Source of the DNA: Cycas panzhihuaensis
Lineage: Eukaryota; Plantae; Cycadophyta
Direction of reading: 5' to 3'
NCBI GenBank assembly: GCA_023213395.1
Contig: CM041465.1
Location: forward strand, 191,277,741-191,341,740
Length of the DNA stretch: 64,000 nucleotides
Shown here: piece by piece, positions 14,701 to 27,376 of the stretch
How the letters are laid out: each line of letters starts with the position of its first letter
How positions within the stretch are numbered: position 1 is the first letter of the stretch
Notes under the pieces: model-generated
Database searches by the model: none
Seen by the model: the letters and a program-made list of their open reading frames with translations, nothing else
What the model was told of the DNA's origin: nothing
Translations under genes and position numbers: made by a program

Positions 14701-15899
14701 TCAAGTCCATAGAGTTTGATAGGACTCGCATAAAGCATTGATATTGTAGCCGTTGTTTTTTTTAATAATTAATGTCTTGTAACTAAAAATTGATTATGGA
14801 ACTATCAAGCTTCATTGTTTAAGTTCCACTTACAAACACACTAACAACCCTAATCAATATATCAGATCCAACAATTGAAAAATATGACATAAGTAGAGAA
14901 TTATGCTATTGAGTGGTCCAACCCTATTCTATATAAGAGATCCAACAGTTTGGTAAATGTCAAGTTTCAATACAAGGAGGTAGGGTTGGTCTGCATGGTG
15001 TACCATGCTTTCCTTAGAGTTCTCAGTCTAATGACACACGTTAAGTTAATGTACTTTTATTTTTCATGTAATATATGCACTTTTTACTTTAGGGGTAACT
15101 TATCACTCAGTCTAATGACACACGTCGAACCTCTCCCACAAAAAATTGTCTTAATTGTTGCACATTAGCTATACAATCGGTTGGTTCCCTAGGGAATGCA
15201 TCAATCTTATTAATACTTTTAAGGCAAAGTTTAGAACTTTCTTTGAGCCTCCACACTTAAAAATTTTAAGGATTTTAATGCTTTATAATGTGAAATAGGT
15301 TGCAAATGAAGTTTGAAATTCTCTCAAAGAACCTTAATGCTACCAGAGGAACTTTACTACTGGTAAGTAATAATACTGATATGTTAAAAATAATGTTGTT
15401 AACATGTAGCACTTATATAGTTCCTCTACTTAAATACAAAAATAAAAAATTTTTAAAAACGCTAAATCAACTTTTACAAAGTAAGCACACAAAATATGCA
15501 TTACTATCTTTACTGATTGTTTGTTGTGTCATTAGTCACATATAGAAACAGGCACAGGAAACTACAACAGGTTGCAACTATTCATTATAATATAGAGGGA
15601 TGAGGATATGAGAATCAAGAACCATTATCATTACATTATGATGGATCGCTCTAGTCCTCTCACAACCAAAGACAACCCGGAACAATACACACAGGAGGCA
15701 AATTTACACAACCGGCACAAAATGTGAACGACTACATTCTGTGCGACAATGGACAGAACATTACAATCCAACCCAAAAAAAAAAAAAACTCATGATATCC
15801 CTACAATGTGATATGTATACTTGCCTATAACTCTAAGTTAGTTGCAATCATTCCAATATACAAAATAGGTTGCAACTAATACAGTCGTACACATCTCTC

Positions 15900-17780
15900 C
15901 CTTCACAAAACTTACAAATATTCATACTTGTAAGCATCAAAATTTCAGAAAATGAGAATAGAATTAAAACAATACATGACAAATTAATTTTCTTATCCCT
16001 TTCGATCTTTTCTATTTCTGTACGAACCCATTGCGAATCAGGTCTGTATATAGTACATGGTGGATTTATACCTTGCTTTTTATAGTGGTTGTAGAGGATA
16101 ACCATGTTGCGTAGTGCCCGTAATTGAGCCATTGTCGGCTTCTCCCCTGAATGCAACTGTTTGATTTCCTCTTCCAACTCGCATTTCCTTGTTTCCACTA
16201 ACAACAAATCCTGTCACAAGGATTTGATCATAGACCAGAAGCGATTAGCATATTTAGCATCTTCCCGAGTTTGCATTATCTAAGCTCCTAGTTTACGGAT
16301 CACCTTCTCCAATCTTGGTGGAACCTGTTCATCAAACCAGGCGTCAAAAGCTGGTACCAAATGTTCCACATAGGAAATATCTCCCACCTAATGCATAATA
16401 AACTTGATCAAGAAGTCCAATTTTGCCTCACAGGCAGCTAACTTGTCTTCTACTTTCTAAATTCTTTGCAAATCTGGTGGAGACCTCTTATTTTGAACTT
16501 CCAACTCAGTCACCAGATGTCAAATGGCTTTAGCCAGGAATGAAATCTTCCAATGTGCCACATTGTGTGGCTGACACTCCATTGGATCAATTCCTTCCTC
16601 CGTCAACTCTTCATTGTTGAAATCAAAGTCTACCTCGACTGGTTGACTGTTCAAAATTTTCAGGATTTCTTTCTTTGCTCTTTTTCTATGGCAACTCATC
16701 ATTTTCTTCTTCTTTCTTCTTCAGTGTTTAAAATTTTTTCAAGTTGTTGGGTTGGTTGTTGCTCTTTCGCTTGCTTCTTGACCGACACGCTGCCTACTTT
16801 CTGTTTTCCTTTTCCAATTTCCTCCTCCTTCTTTTCTTCTCTTGGTTTCTATTCATCTTCTTCTTTCTTCTCGTCCGGCGAGGTCGCCGATTCCCATTGT
16901 CGTTTTCTCTATTTCTCCTCTATTTGTGTCATCTGAAGGTTGTTAACTTGAGCCTTCTTCAAGAAAAATTTCTTAACTTTTTCTTGAAGCTCCCCTCACC
17001 AAATTTCTCCATTTGCCTGAAATGGTTGATCCATCTACTCATTTCCACTTTCTCTGGTTTTGCTTTCGATAAGTTTATCTCTGGACATTGAGAATATAAT
17101 AATCCCTGAAACAAACTCTGATGATAAAATATGGCCACCTGAGATTTGGCCTTGATACTAGTCAATTTATCTGAAAATCTTCCTGCAAGAAATGCTGCCC
17201 AATTGAACTTTTCTCCCTTCACTACCTGCAGGAGTGTTGATCTCATCTCTTTAGGTACAAACACATTCTTTTGGCTCAATATCACCCTCGTGAAGAGGAA
17301 ATGAACCAACTAGCATGTCAAATTAACTGCAATGCCTACAATGCGAATACCAAATGTGGAGACATCTAAAATTTGGGCACCCAACTGCTCTGATGCCTGC
17401 CCCGCGGAATCCTTTTGTCTCTGGGTACCTCTTCACCTGAATCTGGTAACCCTGAGATTTTCGCAATGGCTTTTATTAACATATCCAAGAGATTGGGTTG
17501 TTGAACTACAAGTTGAATCATGCCCGTCACAAAATCCGTTGCGGCTGGAAATAACCCCATTTACACAAACTGGGCAATTGCCTTTGTCAATTTTATTTTT
17601 CTTTCATCCTCCTTAGACATATCCCACCACACATACCTAATTCCTTCATCATTTGCTTCTGGCAAATTAATTTGAATCTACCCGATGTCCTTCATCTTGC
17701 TCGTTCACGGATTTTTCAAAAACTACCCTGGTTTGTCTTCAACTTTGCTGCTTATATTCCACTAAGCCATGGAAAACCAT
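15900..17780 (-). pseudogene. Extra ORF downstream of pol (Athila-type plant transposon protein-like N-terminus, charged/coiled-coil C-terminus), disrupted
   Basis: Collinear minus-strand ORF pieces 16959..17309 (LLQVVKGEKFNWAAFLA), 16520..16702 and 15848..16207, lying between INT and the 3' LTR. Confidence 0.65.
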
Positions 17781-18289
17781 CATGACTTTGATTCACGGTT
17801 GCAACTTCCTTTCTGTCCCTCCAATGCATGCTGGCCACTTGTTGCCACCTTCACACTCTGCGTTGTCTTGGTACGTGTGTCTATCAATTGTCACTGATTT
17901 CTGCCACTTCGTCGACGTCATCATTAATTAAATGTCCTTTAGCTTTTTCTTGATTTGATATCCCCATCTTCCTTCACAAGATTTCTGTCTTCCTTCACAA
18001 GATTTCCCTTTTATTATTCCTTTTGATTGCCTATTGCTTCTTCCAATTATTCCAATTGCACTTGGTTTTGCCATTCCTCACAACATGGAGTAATTTGCAA
18101 TGTTCCATATTGCTTACTATGACTTCTTCACCATTTTTATTGTTCAAGTCGCAACAGTTCTACCTTCCTAATTGTTATCTTGCCTAAATTGCAACTGGTC
18201 ATATCTCCTTGTACTCATTCCGCCTCTGGTGTGTGACTTTTTCAAATCTTGACCAATTACTCCAAGTTTGTGACTGATTTGGCTTTCTA

Positions 18290-19448
18290 GCTACAACCTT
18301 TTTGTCCCGATTATAATCGATTTCATCCAAGTTGCAATTATTTTGTTCTAGATTGCGGCCATTTATCCCAATTGTAACCATTTTGCATATGGGTTACAAT
18401 TACTTTCTGTTCAAACTGTATCTAGGTTGTCAATTCTTTCTTTCTATTTGCAACTACTTCCTTTCTGGGTTGCAATTCTTACGTCTAGTTTGCAACTGGT
18501 TACCTACAAGTTGCAACTTCTTGCATCCTAGTTGCAACTGCTTGCATCCCAATTGCAACTTCTTGCATGTTGGTCGCAATCGCTTGCATCCCGGTTGCAA
18601 CTTCTTACATCCAGGTTGCAACCGCTTACCTCCAGGTTGCAACTTCTTGCATCTAGGTTGCAACTTCCTACGTCCTGCTTACAACTTCTTGCACCCAACT
18701 TGTAACTGCTTACGTTCAGGCTGCAACCTCTTGCGTCCACGTTGCAACCGCTTGCATCTAGGCTGCAACTTCCTGCGTCCAGGTTGCAACCGCTTGCATC
18801 CAGGCTACAACTTCCTGCATCCAAGTTGCAACATTTTGCATTCAGGTTGCAACTACATGCGTCCAGGTTGCAATTGTTGTGTCCAGGTTGCAACTTTTTG
18901 CATTCAGGATGCAACCTCTTGCATCCAAGTTGCAACTTTTGCGTCTAGGTTGCAACCTCTTACATCCAGGTTGCAACTTCTTGCGTCCCAGTTGCAATTG
19001 CTTGCGTTCAGGTTGCAACTTTTTGCATTCAGGTTGCAATTGCTTGTGTCCAGGTTGCAACTTTTTGCATTCAGGATGCAACTTCTTGCATCCAGATTGC
19101 AGCTTTTTGCGTCCAAGTTGCAACCTCTTGCATCCAGGTTGCAACTTCCCACATCCTAGTTGCAACTGCTTATGTCCAAGTTGCAACTGCTTACATCCAA
19201 GTTGCAACCTTTTACATCTAGAATGCAACTGCTTGCATCCAGGTTGCAACTTTTTGCATCCAGGTTGCAATTGTGTGCATCCAGGTCGCAACTACTTACC
19301 TCCAGGTTAAAACCGCTTGCGTCCAAGTTGCAACCTTTTGCGTCCAAGTTGCAACCGCTTACCTCCAAGTTGCAACTTTTTATGTTCAGGTTGCAACCGC
19401 TTACCTCCAGGTTGCAACTTTTTACATCCAGGTTGCAACTATTTGCAT
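18290..19448. repeat. 21-bp tandem minisatellite, consensus ~GGTTGCAACTTCTTGCATCCA, roughly 45-55 copies
   Basis: Direct reading; the heptad-repetitive ORFs in all frames (CKKLQPG / LQLLASR / SCNLDAR) reflect the 21-nt period. Confidence 0.95.
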
Positions 19449-19509
19449 CCATATTTTAAAGTCATAAAGGAATTTCTATTCCTATAGTTCTTGTCCCCAT
19501 TTCTTTTTA

Positions 19510-22500
19510 TTTTACGATATATTGTTTCAGCCGACTTCCGTTGACTAGTTTTTCTAACATTATTCCATCAAGTTGTTGAAGTCGCACTGCTCCATTCAAC
19601 CAAATTTGATTCACCTTGTATGGACCAAGGCACCGCAACTTTAATCTTCTAGGTTTGATTCGAAACTTACTGTTATAAAGAAGAACAAGGTCTCCTTCTT
19701 GAAACTATGGGACTTTGAGATGCTGATCGTGCCATGCCTTTCTTCTCATCTTCTCTGCTTTCAATTCCTACCAAGCTCTTGCCCGTTTTTCATCCAGTTT
19801 CATTAAATCTACATATCGATGATTCTGTGAATCATCCTCCGACAGCCATAGCTCAGATGCCACTCTCAAACTTTCCATCTGGAATTCCAGAGGAAGTACG
19901 ACTTCCAATCCATAAACCAACTGAAATGGAGTTTGCTTATAAGGTTGCTTTATTGTTGTTCGGTTGGCCCACAAAATTGAATGGAGTCGCTCTACCCAAT
20001 CTATTTGCCCTTAATTACAGATTTTGGATAATGCCAATTTCAGAATTTTATTAATGCTTTCCACTTACCCGTTAGCCTGAGGATATTACGAGGAAGACTT
20101 TGAATGTTGAATCAAAATTTCCTACATCAAGTGTTTTATTGTTTCGTTAAGGAAACTACTTCCTTGATCTGAAATGATTTCTAACGGGCAATCAAACTAA
20201 ATAATTATCGTTTTGTATAAAAACCGAGTTGTACTCTGAGCATCACACATTGTCATTGCCTTGGCTTCGGTCCATTTTGTTAGAAAATCTGTGGCAACCA
20301 AAATGTATCTTGCATTTGTACGCTGAGTTGGTGGACTGATAGGTCCAATAAAGTCCAATCCCCATTTTTCAAATGGAGCTTGAGCCAATATCAGACACAA
20401 AGGCATGAAATGATTTTTTGCCAGCTTCCCCACTCGCTGGCATACATCACAGCTCTGAACCCACTTTTGTACATCCTCAAAGATTGTAGGCCACCAGAAT
20501 CCTACCAGTAAGATTTTTTTGGTTGTTGATTCGGTACCTTGGTGTTTTGCTACAACTCCTGCATGGGCTTCTCTGATAACAGCTTTCACTTCATGTTCCA
20601 TTATACATCTCCTTAAAACTTGATCAGGTCCCATTCTATACAGCATTCCTTGAATCAGTTGGAAGGAAAAAGTCTTCTTAATGAAGCTTTGTCATTCAAC
20701 ACGTTCCATCCCAAGCGGTGTTTGTCCTGTTGCTAGGAACTGTGCTATATCCTCGTACCATTTAAGTACTACTTGGATGGCAAACAATTTTGCATCTGGA
20801 AAATCGTCCTAGATTCATGTTGTCAGTTCCTCGTCCACTTCCCTCGACAGTAAATCTGGAATTGTATGCTTAGATCCTTTCTTGACAACGATCTTGAAAT
20901 TGAACTCCTAGAACAACATGAGCCATCTACTGATTGTCCCCTAAACTATAGGCTTATTAATTAAGTGTTGAAGCGCCTGATGATCTACAAAAAAACAAAT
21001 AGGTTAGCCAATAAATAGTGTCTGAATTTCTGGAGAGCATATACCATGCCCAACCCTTCTTGTTCTGTCACTAAGTAATTCTTTTTGGACTCTGTTAATT
21101 TTATGCTTGCAAAATAAATTGGTAGATCGATTTTGTCATCTTCTGGCTATGTCAGTACACATCCAATCACAAACAAGGAGGCATCTACATGTACATGAAA
21201 GGGTTTATCCCAATCTGGGAATATGAGGATTGGTGCTCGGGCTATCTTCTTTTTCTGTAATTCAAATGCCAGCTGCTATTGAAGTTGCCATTGCCACTCA
21301 GTCTTCTTTTTCAATAGGATTTCCAGAGGATTAACTATCTGAGCATATTTTTTTATGAACTTCTGATAGTACCTCATCATCCCTAGGAATCCTTTTACCT
21401 GTCTTTGTGTTTTTTGCAATGGTAAGTTAAAATCACTGCTACCGCATACACACCACATGTCCTAATAAGATTCCAAATGGCACCATAAAGGTGCATTTCG
21501 CAGGATTTAAACATAAATTGTTCTTTCTACAAGTTAAAGTACTAATCGCAAACAACCAAGGTGATTCTTTAATAGAGTAAACAATGTTCAATCATCCAAA
21601 ACTACCTCCATTGTTTTCCCTATTGTTTGCTTAAAAATATTAAGAATAACTCTCTAGAGTGTTGCAGGGGCATTCGTTAATCCAAATGGCATTACTCTGA
21701 ATGCGTAAGTACCCCACTCGATGATAAAGGTTGTCTTTAATTGGTCTTTTGGTGCAATTCAAACCTAGTTGTACCAATTAAATCCATCAGTAAATGAGTA
21801 CACCTCATGTCCCGCCACATTTTCTAAAATATCCTCCATAAAAGGAATTGGGAACGGATCCTTCTTAGTGGCTTTGTTTAAAGCTCTGTAGTCGACACAA
21901 ACTCTCAGTTTCCCCTTTTTTTGAGACAACCACAACGGAACTTACCAATTCGCTATTTTCGACTTCGAAAACGTAATCCGCTTCCAATAGCTTATCAAGC
22001 TCCGCTTTAACTTTCTCCTTATACTTTGGATCCATATTTCGCCTTTGCCTTACTAGTTTAGCCCCTTCTATCAAATCGATTTTGTGTTCACCCAAATCTA
22101 GTGGGATGCCTTTTAAGTCCTTATAAGACCAAGCAAACACATCCTTATATTCCAAGAATAGTGAGCTTGCCTATTGCACCATTTCTTCTTTCCAGTAATC
22201 ACCCAAGGTGATCATCCATGGCTGTTCTTCTGTCCTAATATTAATTTCTTGAGTCTTTAATTTTTCCCTTAACATCGTTTTACCATTTGGAGCTAGTGTG
22301 TAGGTTGGTGTGCTATCTATGTTACGATCTCCATACTCCAACATGGAATAAGTTTGTTGTTCTTGAAAATTTTCTTCTTCAATCTAAAAGCAATGCACTT
22401 CCTTTTCCCAGATTTTTTCCTTCAATTTTTCATTTAAATAATAATATGTAATAGTCTAGCCTATTAGTCGTATTCTTTTAGAGGAATTATACCAGATAGT

Positions 22501-23630
22501 GGAGATTCCTTCAATTGTTATTTCCAACTGTTGAGTCCAATCGTTTTTTGTCCATTTCTAAACACACCTTTGCATGCCTAAATCACCCTCATTCCAAGAC
22601 GAGGAAACTTTATCCCTTTGAAATCTTATCAAAAACTTTTTGCTCATTTCATGCCATGAATCAAAAATTTGTGCATGCGTGCCATACCAATCTAGGCTTG
22701 TTCTATCCAAGAACATGAAGACACAAAGTACTAGAATTGTTGTTGCCATTTATTCTTCATGAGTTTAATACATGGTTGCAAATGATTTTATGCTTGTACT
22801 AAGTCACCATTATTTTTAGTCAATTTACAAACTACAGGAATAGATTTCCTTTGGACATTTTTTCCTAATTGAGGTGACTCTAGTTGTTTTCCCTCCTCGT
22901 CCTCTTCTTATGAAGATTCCATGCAGCATTCCATATGATAACATGAAGTCAATTCTATTTCTTCCCAAGCATTACGCAACCAATTCAGCATATAGGAGGA
23001 TGAAGGTCTACTTGGTAGCCTTGGTTGCATTCGAAAAGTTGTTTCAAAGCAAGAACTCACTGTGGATTCTGTGATTGTTGTTGTGGATGAAGCTCTCCCT
23101 TCATCTTCAATTTTTTCTATCTTTGGTCCATCTAAGTGTAAGGGAAAGTTATTGTTTTCTCCCCTGCTGGAAGAGTAAATGTATGTCTCCCCCAATCTTG
23201 AATTACCTTTGTAGCCAGTAACCATGGTCTTCCCAACAACACTGGATAAGTCTCTCTTTGGTCCTGCATATGTACTACTGCAAAATCCAACAACACAGTT
23301 ACTTCTACGACGGTTACTGGGACATTCAATAGTGTTCCCATTGGCCTTACTTGTAATTGATTAGCTAATCTAATCGAATAATCTAGGGCAACCACATTGG
23401 GCCTTCCCAAGGCTATCCATGAGGATTTAGGTAGTACATTTACTCCTAAGCCCCCGTCTACAATAGTTTTACATAAAGTGGTTCTAAATGTCATCATCAG
23501 AACTCTAGGGTCTATTCCTATGTGTTTTATGGTTCTAAGAACTGCCGTTTCAATTTGATCTAATACCATTTGCTGAAAATACCCCACTTCCCACCACTTA
23601 AATACTACTAATATAGGGATTGACACTCCT
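19510..23630 (-). pseudogene. Gypsy pol (PR, RT, RH, INT), disrupted
   Basis: IVDGGLGVNVLP..LLGRPWL (PR), YKDVFAWSYKDLKGI (RT), GFLGMMRYYQKFI, H..H..C..C zinc finger and PFEKWGLDFIGP (INT), TPFQLVYG. Confidence 0.92.
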
Positions 23631-24375
23631 CATTCAATAAGTATATCTTTTACAGTTTGCAACCTTTGCCAAGGATTCATACCTTCTAGTGGTTGTGTTT
23701 CCCTCCTTTTGTAATGCAAGCCCTTAAATCTTCCTTGTTGCATTTCCTCTTAAGCTTCACCCATTGCATCTTGAAGGATTTTTACCGCCTCTTGTAATCG
23801 TTACTTCTCTACTGTTCGATCTAGAAAATTGTCTTGAATAAAGGGAGAATAATGACGATTAGTATACCATTTTCTTTACACACATCAATATCCTTGTAAG
23901 GGCATGATCATTTTGGAAATCATGGTTGATGCTCCTCTCCCCAATCCTGCTAGCCAACCTATTGATGATTCCCTCCCAGACGAATATATCTTCTATATCT
24001 AGGGCATCCCTCTTGATGATCTATGGTATAGGGAGATTAGATTGAGGCTTTGTATCAGACAAAGTCCCTTGTTAATAAGCTATTTCTTCAAAAAAAGTTG
24101 TATACACTCAGGAGGAAGTCATGTTGATTTGCCACTTCATGCCTGCAAGTAAGTTGGTTTTCTTGATCCAAAATCACGTCCACCAAATTGGTGTCTTGTA
24201 CTTTACTGTTCTTTGGATAATTAAACCATTCATGATCTGCTAGCCCACATTCTTCACAGATATATTCTCCTCGTTTCTTTTCTAGTGGACACTAGGATCT
24301 ATAACAAACAGCAAATGGGTCTTGTCTTGCCTTTGTATTGTCTTACAACTCCACACTCTGTTTTTTGTGAATAGA

Positions 24376-25214
24376 TGTTATGTATTGATCCCAAAAGAGC
24401 TTAGTTGGTGAAGAAATCAATTATCAACCTTTCCTCCTTGAGATCCTGGGAGTTAGTGTAGAAAGCTCAATAACATCAAAACAACAATGAGCCCAATGAA
24501 AGGAAAATTCTACACCAAATCAATTATTCTTGACATTGATCCAAAAGCATGAGGAGTAATACTTTTATTAAACCATGAAAATCTCCATTTAATGGTGGAG
24601 AAATCAACTAGCAAAAGAATGGTAAAATTACAAGGAATAAATGTTACAATTATACCATAAGGGGGACTCAAACCCTCCAAATGCTTCTCCAAGGATGCTT
24701 CCCAAGTCAAGTCTCCAAGAACCACCCTCCAACCCGTAGAAGGGCTCAATTTATAGAAAGAAACACGAATTGCATATTTAACAAGTGGCAATCATGCAAG
24801 TATAACCACTAACCACCGGAATGCATGTTGTCCAAGTGGCCTTCATACAATTCTTAAAAGTTGCGACTTGTAACAGATCTTAACGATTGAATTTGGCTAA
24901 AATTTGGTACACGATAGGAACGCATGTCCCATCGCCTTCCTCAAATTTTAGCTCATTTGGATATCATTTGGTCGCATTTTATTCATTTAATAAATATATA
25001 TATTTGTTGTTTTTTCGCTGTCCAAGTGGCCTTCATACAATTCTTAAAAGTTATGCTTGTAATCGACCTTAACGGACTCAATTCAGCTCAAATTTGGTAC
25101 ACGTATAGAAACGCATGTCTCCTCCGCTTCCTCAAAATTTTAGCTCATTTGGATGTCATTTGGCCATATTTCTATTCATATAATGATAATATATATTTTC
25201 TGTTTTTTCTCGCT
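24376..25214. mobile_element. LTR-like insertion in the Gypsy gag-pol region, ending in two ~190-bp tandem units (24831..25214)
   Basis: Starts tgttatg and is non-coding; tccaagtggccttcatacaattcttaaaag recurs at 24831 and 25021. Confidence 0.6.
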
Positions 25215-25229
25215 ATTGTGGAATTAATT

Positions 25230-26500
25230 TTATGCAAAAACAAGGCTTGAACTCTAATCAAATGATATTTTCTGAACCCCACCTTTTGTACACATCTAGT
25301 GGGATGTGTCTTCTCCCTTTATACAAAATTTCATATAATTTTGATACCATTTGGCCATATCTCTTTCAATTATACCAATGCCTAGAATTTTCTGCATCCT
25401 GTAAACATATGGTAGATCCTCCTGGATCATGTATTTTGCCTTCATTATTCTTGGATCCAAAATAACATTCCCATGTGTTATGATTGTTTCTTCGACAATT
25501 CTCATACCCTTTCGTAGGTCCTCCATGGTCATTTTTTAAATGCCCTTGTTGATTGCAAGGTGGGGGGCACCAGATGTTTTCCCTTGATTTTTCTAGTCAC
25601 AATCAAGACAATTTTGTACGAAGCTTTTCCAACTCTTGATTATGTTGCATGTTGTTTGGAACCGAAACTGCAGGTTGTTGCTTCATTGCTTCTACCTTCT
25701 TCAAGGCTTCGATTTCTGGATTAGTACCATCTATGGCATCTATGTGGGTTGTATCGACATACCCATTGTCGGACAATATGTTGAAGGTTGCATCACCACC
25801 TGGGAATAGGTTGATTTCATTTGATTTTCAAATTTCAGCGCGAACTCCCTTACTTGCTCATAGTTATTCATCGGATGCGGCATTACTTTATCTCTAAGTT
25901 GAGGTATCAATCCTTGTACAAAATATTTTATTTCCAACATTGGATTGATTGTTGTTACCGATTGCATTTTATTCATTATAACTCGCATCCTTCCATCAAT
26001 GTCATTGACAAACTCCCCAGGATATTGTCAATTTTTTTCCAAAGCCTGTAAGATGGCTATTAGATCCCTCAACTTTTGAATTCAATTCAAAAATTGTTCC
26101 TGCAATTAATCCTAATTCAATTGTTGTGTTATTACATATTGGAACCATGCCAATGCAGGTCCCCTCAACGTTGAAAAAAAACGAGGCTTTGATTTCTCCC
26201 TGATCCACGATGCTTTTGATTTAGATCATGTTTTTAAATAGTGCCAGATGGTTGCCCAGATCTGTGGTTCCATTAAATTGGAGGCTCAAAAACATTGAAT
26301 CATTTTGCACAACAATATACGGAGTTGTATTTACTTAATTTCCTCCACCTGGTATCCCACTTTGCCCTCCTACAGTTTGTGCATTACAACCCATTATGCC
26401 TCCCATCCTACTACCTAGAGTCACCATTGGTAATTTGAATAGAGTATTAATTATATGACTTGGAGTTCAAATTTCCAATAGGTCGTGATTCCAAGCTTGT
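25230..26500 (-). pseudogene. Gypsy gag remnant
   Basis: IKYFVQGLIPQLRDKV and a retrotransposon-gag-like degenerate frame upstream of pol. Confidence 0.7.
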
Positions 26501-27376
26501 TCTGCTACACTATATATCCCCAACTCGATGGAATTTTCTTCATGTGTTGATACTTCTTTCTGCAAGTTTTCTTCTTTAACAGAATCTTGCTGACTATTTT
26601 TGTATGTACTCATTGATTATACTTCTTTTATCGGATCCTCTTCTTTTACACACCTCTGATTAATTCCTTCATTTGCATGTGTCTCGATTACACCCAGATC
26701 TTGATCTTTTACTTCATCCTTATTTCTCGACTTTCCCCTATCTATCGAATGCGCAGATGCTCGTCCCTTCACCTGCTTCCTTGGTGTAATTACAAATTTA
26801 GGTTTACATTTTCCGGCTTGGAGTCTTTCCCTTTCCCAACGCTCTCCTCAATCACGATGCTATTCGGCTTCTACTCTGAGTGGCATAGAAGAGGACCCAA
26901 AATTCTTTTAGTTGGTCTCACCCATCATCATTCCCCTTGGCTCAATTTGGCAACAGAACCAATGTGTGCCATATCATTCGTCACATATAGAAACAGGCAC
27001 AAAAAACTACAACAGGTTGCAACTATTCATTATAACACAGAGACATGAGGATATGAGAATCAAGAACCATCATCATTACATTACGACGGGTCACTCTGGT
27101 CCTCTCACAACCAGAGACAACCCGAGACAGTACATATAGGAGTCGAATTTACACAGCAGGCACGAAATATAGACAACTAGATTCTGTGCGACAACGAACA
27201 GGACGTTACAATCCAACAAAAAAAATCCCATGATATCTCTACAATGTGATATTTATACTTACCTATAACTTTGAGTTAGTTGCCACCGTTCCAATATACA
27301 AAATGGGTTGCAACTATACAACCATACACAGTGATCCTATGACACTCCAAACAATTGAAGTTTACTGAAGATAGTA

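Larger units (their letters stand above)
15518..27330 (-). mobile_element. Full-length degenerate Ty3/Gypsy element (non-chromovirus, Athila/Tat-like) with extra 3' ORF; LTRs 15518..15893 and 26963..27330
   Basis: Alignable ~370-bp TG..CA LTRs; TSD ctgat/gtgat (4/5); PBS TGGTTCTGTTGCC (tRNA-Glu/Asp-like); PPT GAAGGGAGAGA; domain order gag-PR-RT-RH-INT; no chromodomain seen after the GPY motif. Confidence 0.9.

Noticed and set aside
18290-19448. CRISPR-like array
   Set aside because: No unique spacers, contiguous tandem units, eukaryotic context, no cas genes
18332-19467. Long ORFs up to 275 aa in all six frames (Cys/Leu heptad repeats)
   Set aside because: By-product of a 21-bp repeat that lacks stop codons; frames shift freely, so there is no evidence for a real protein
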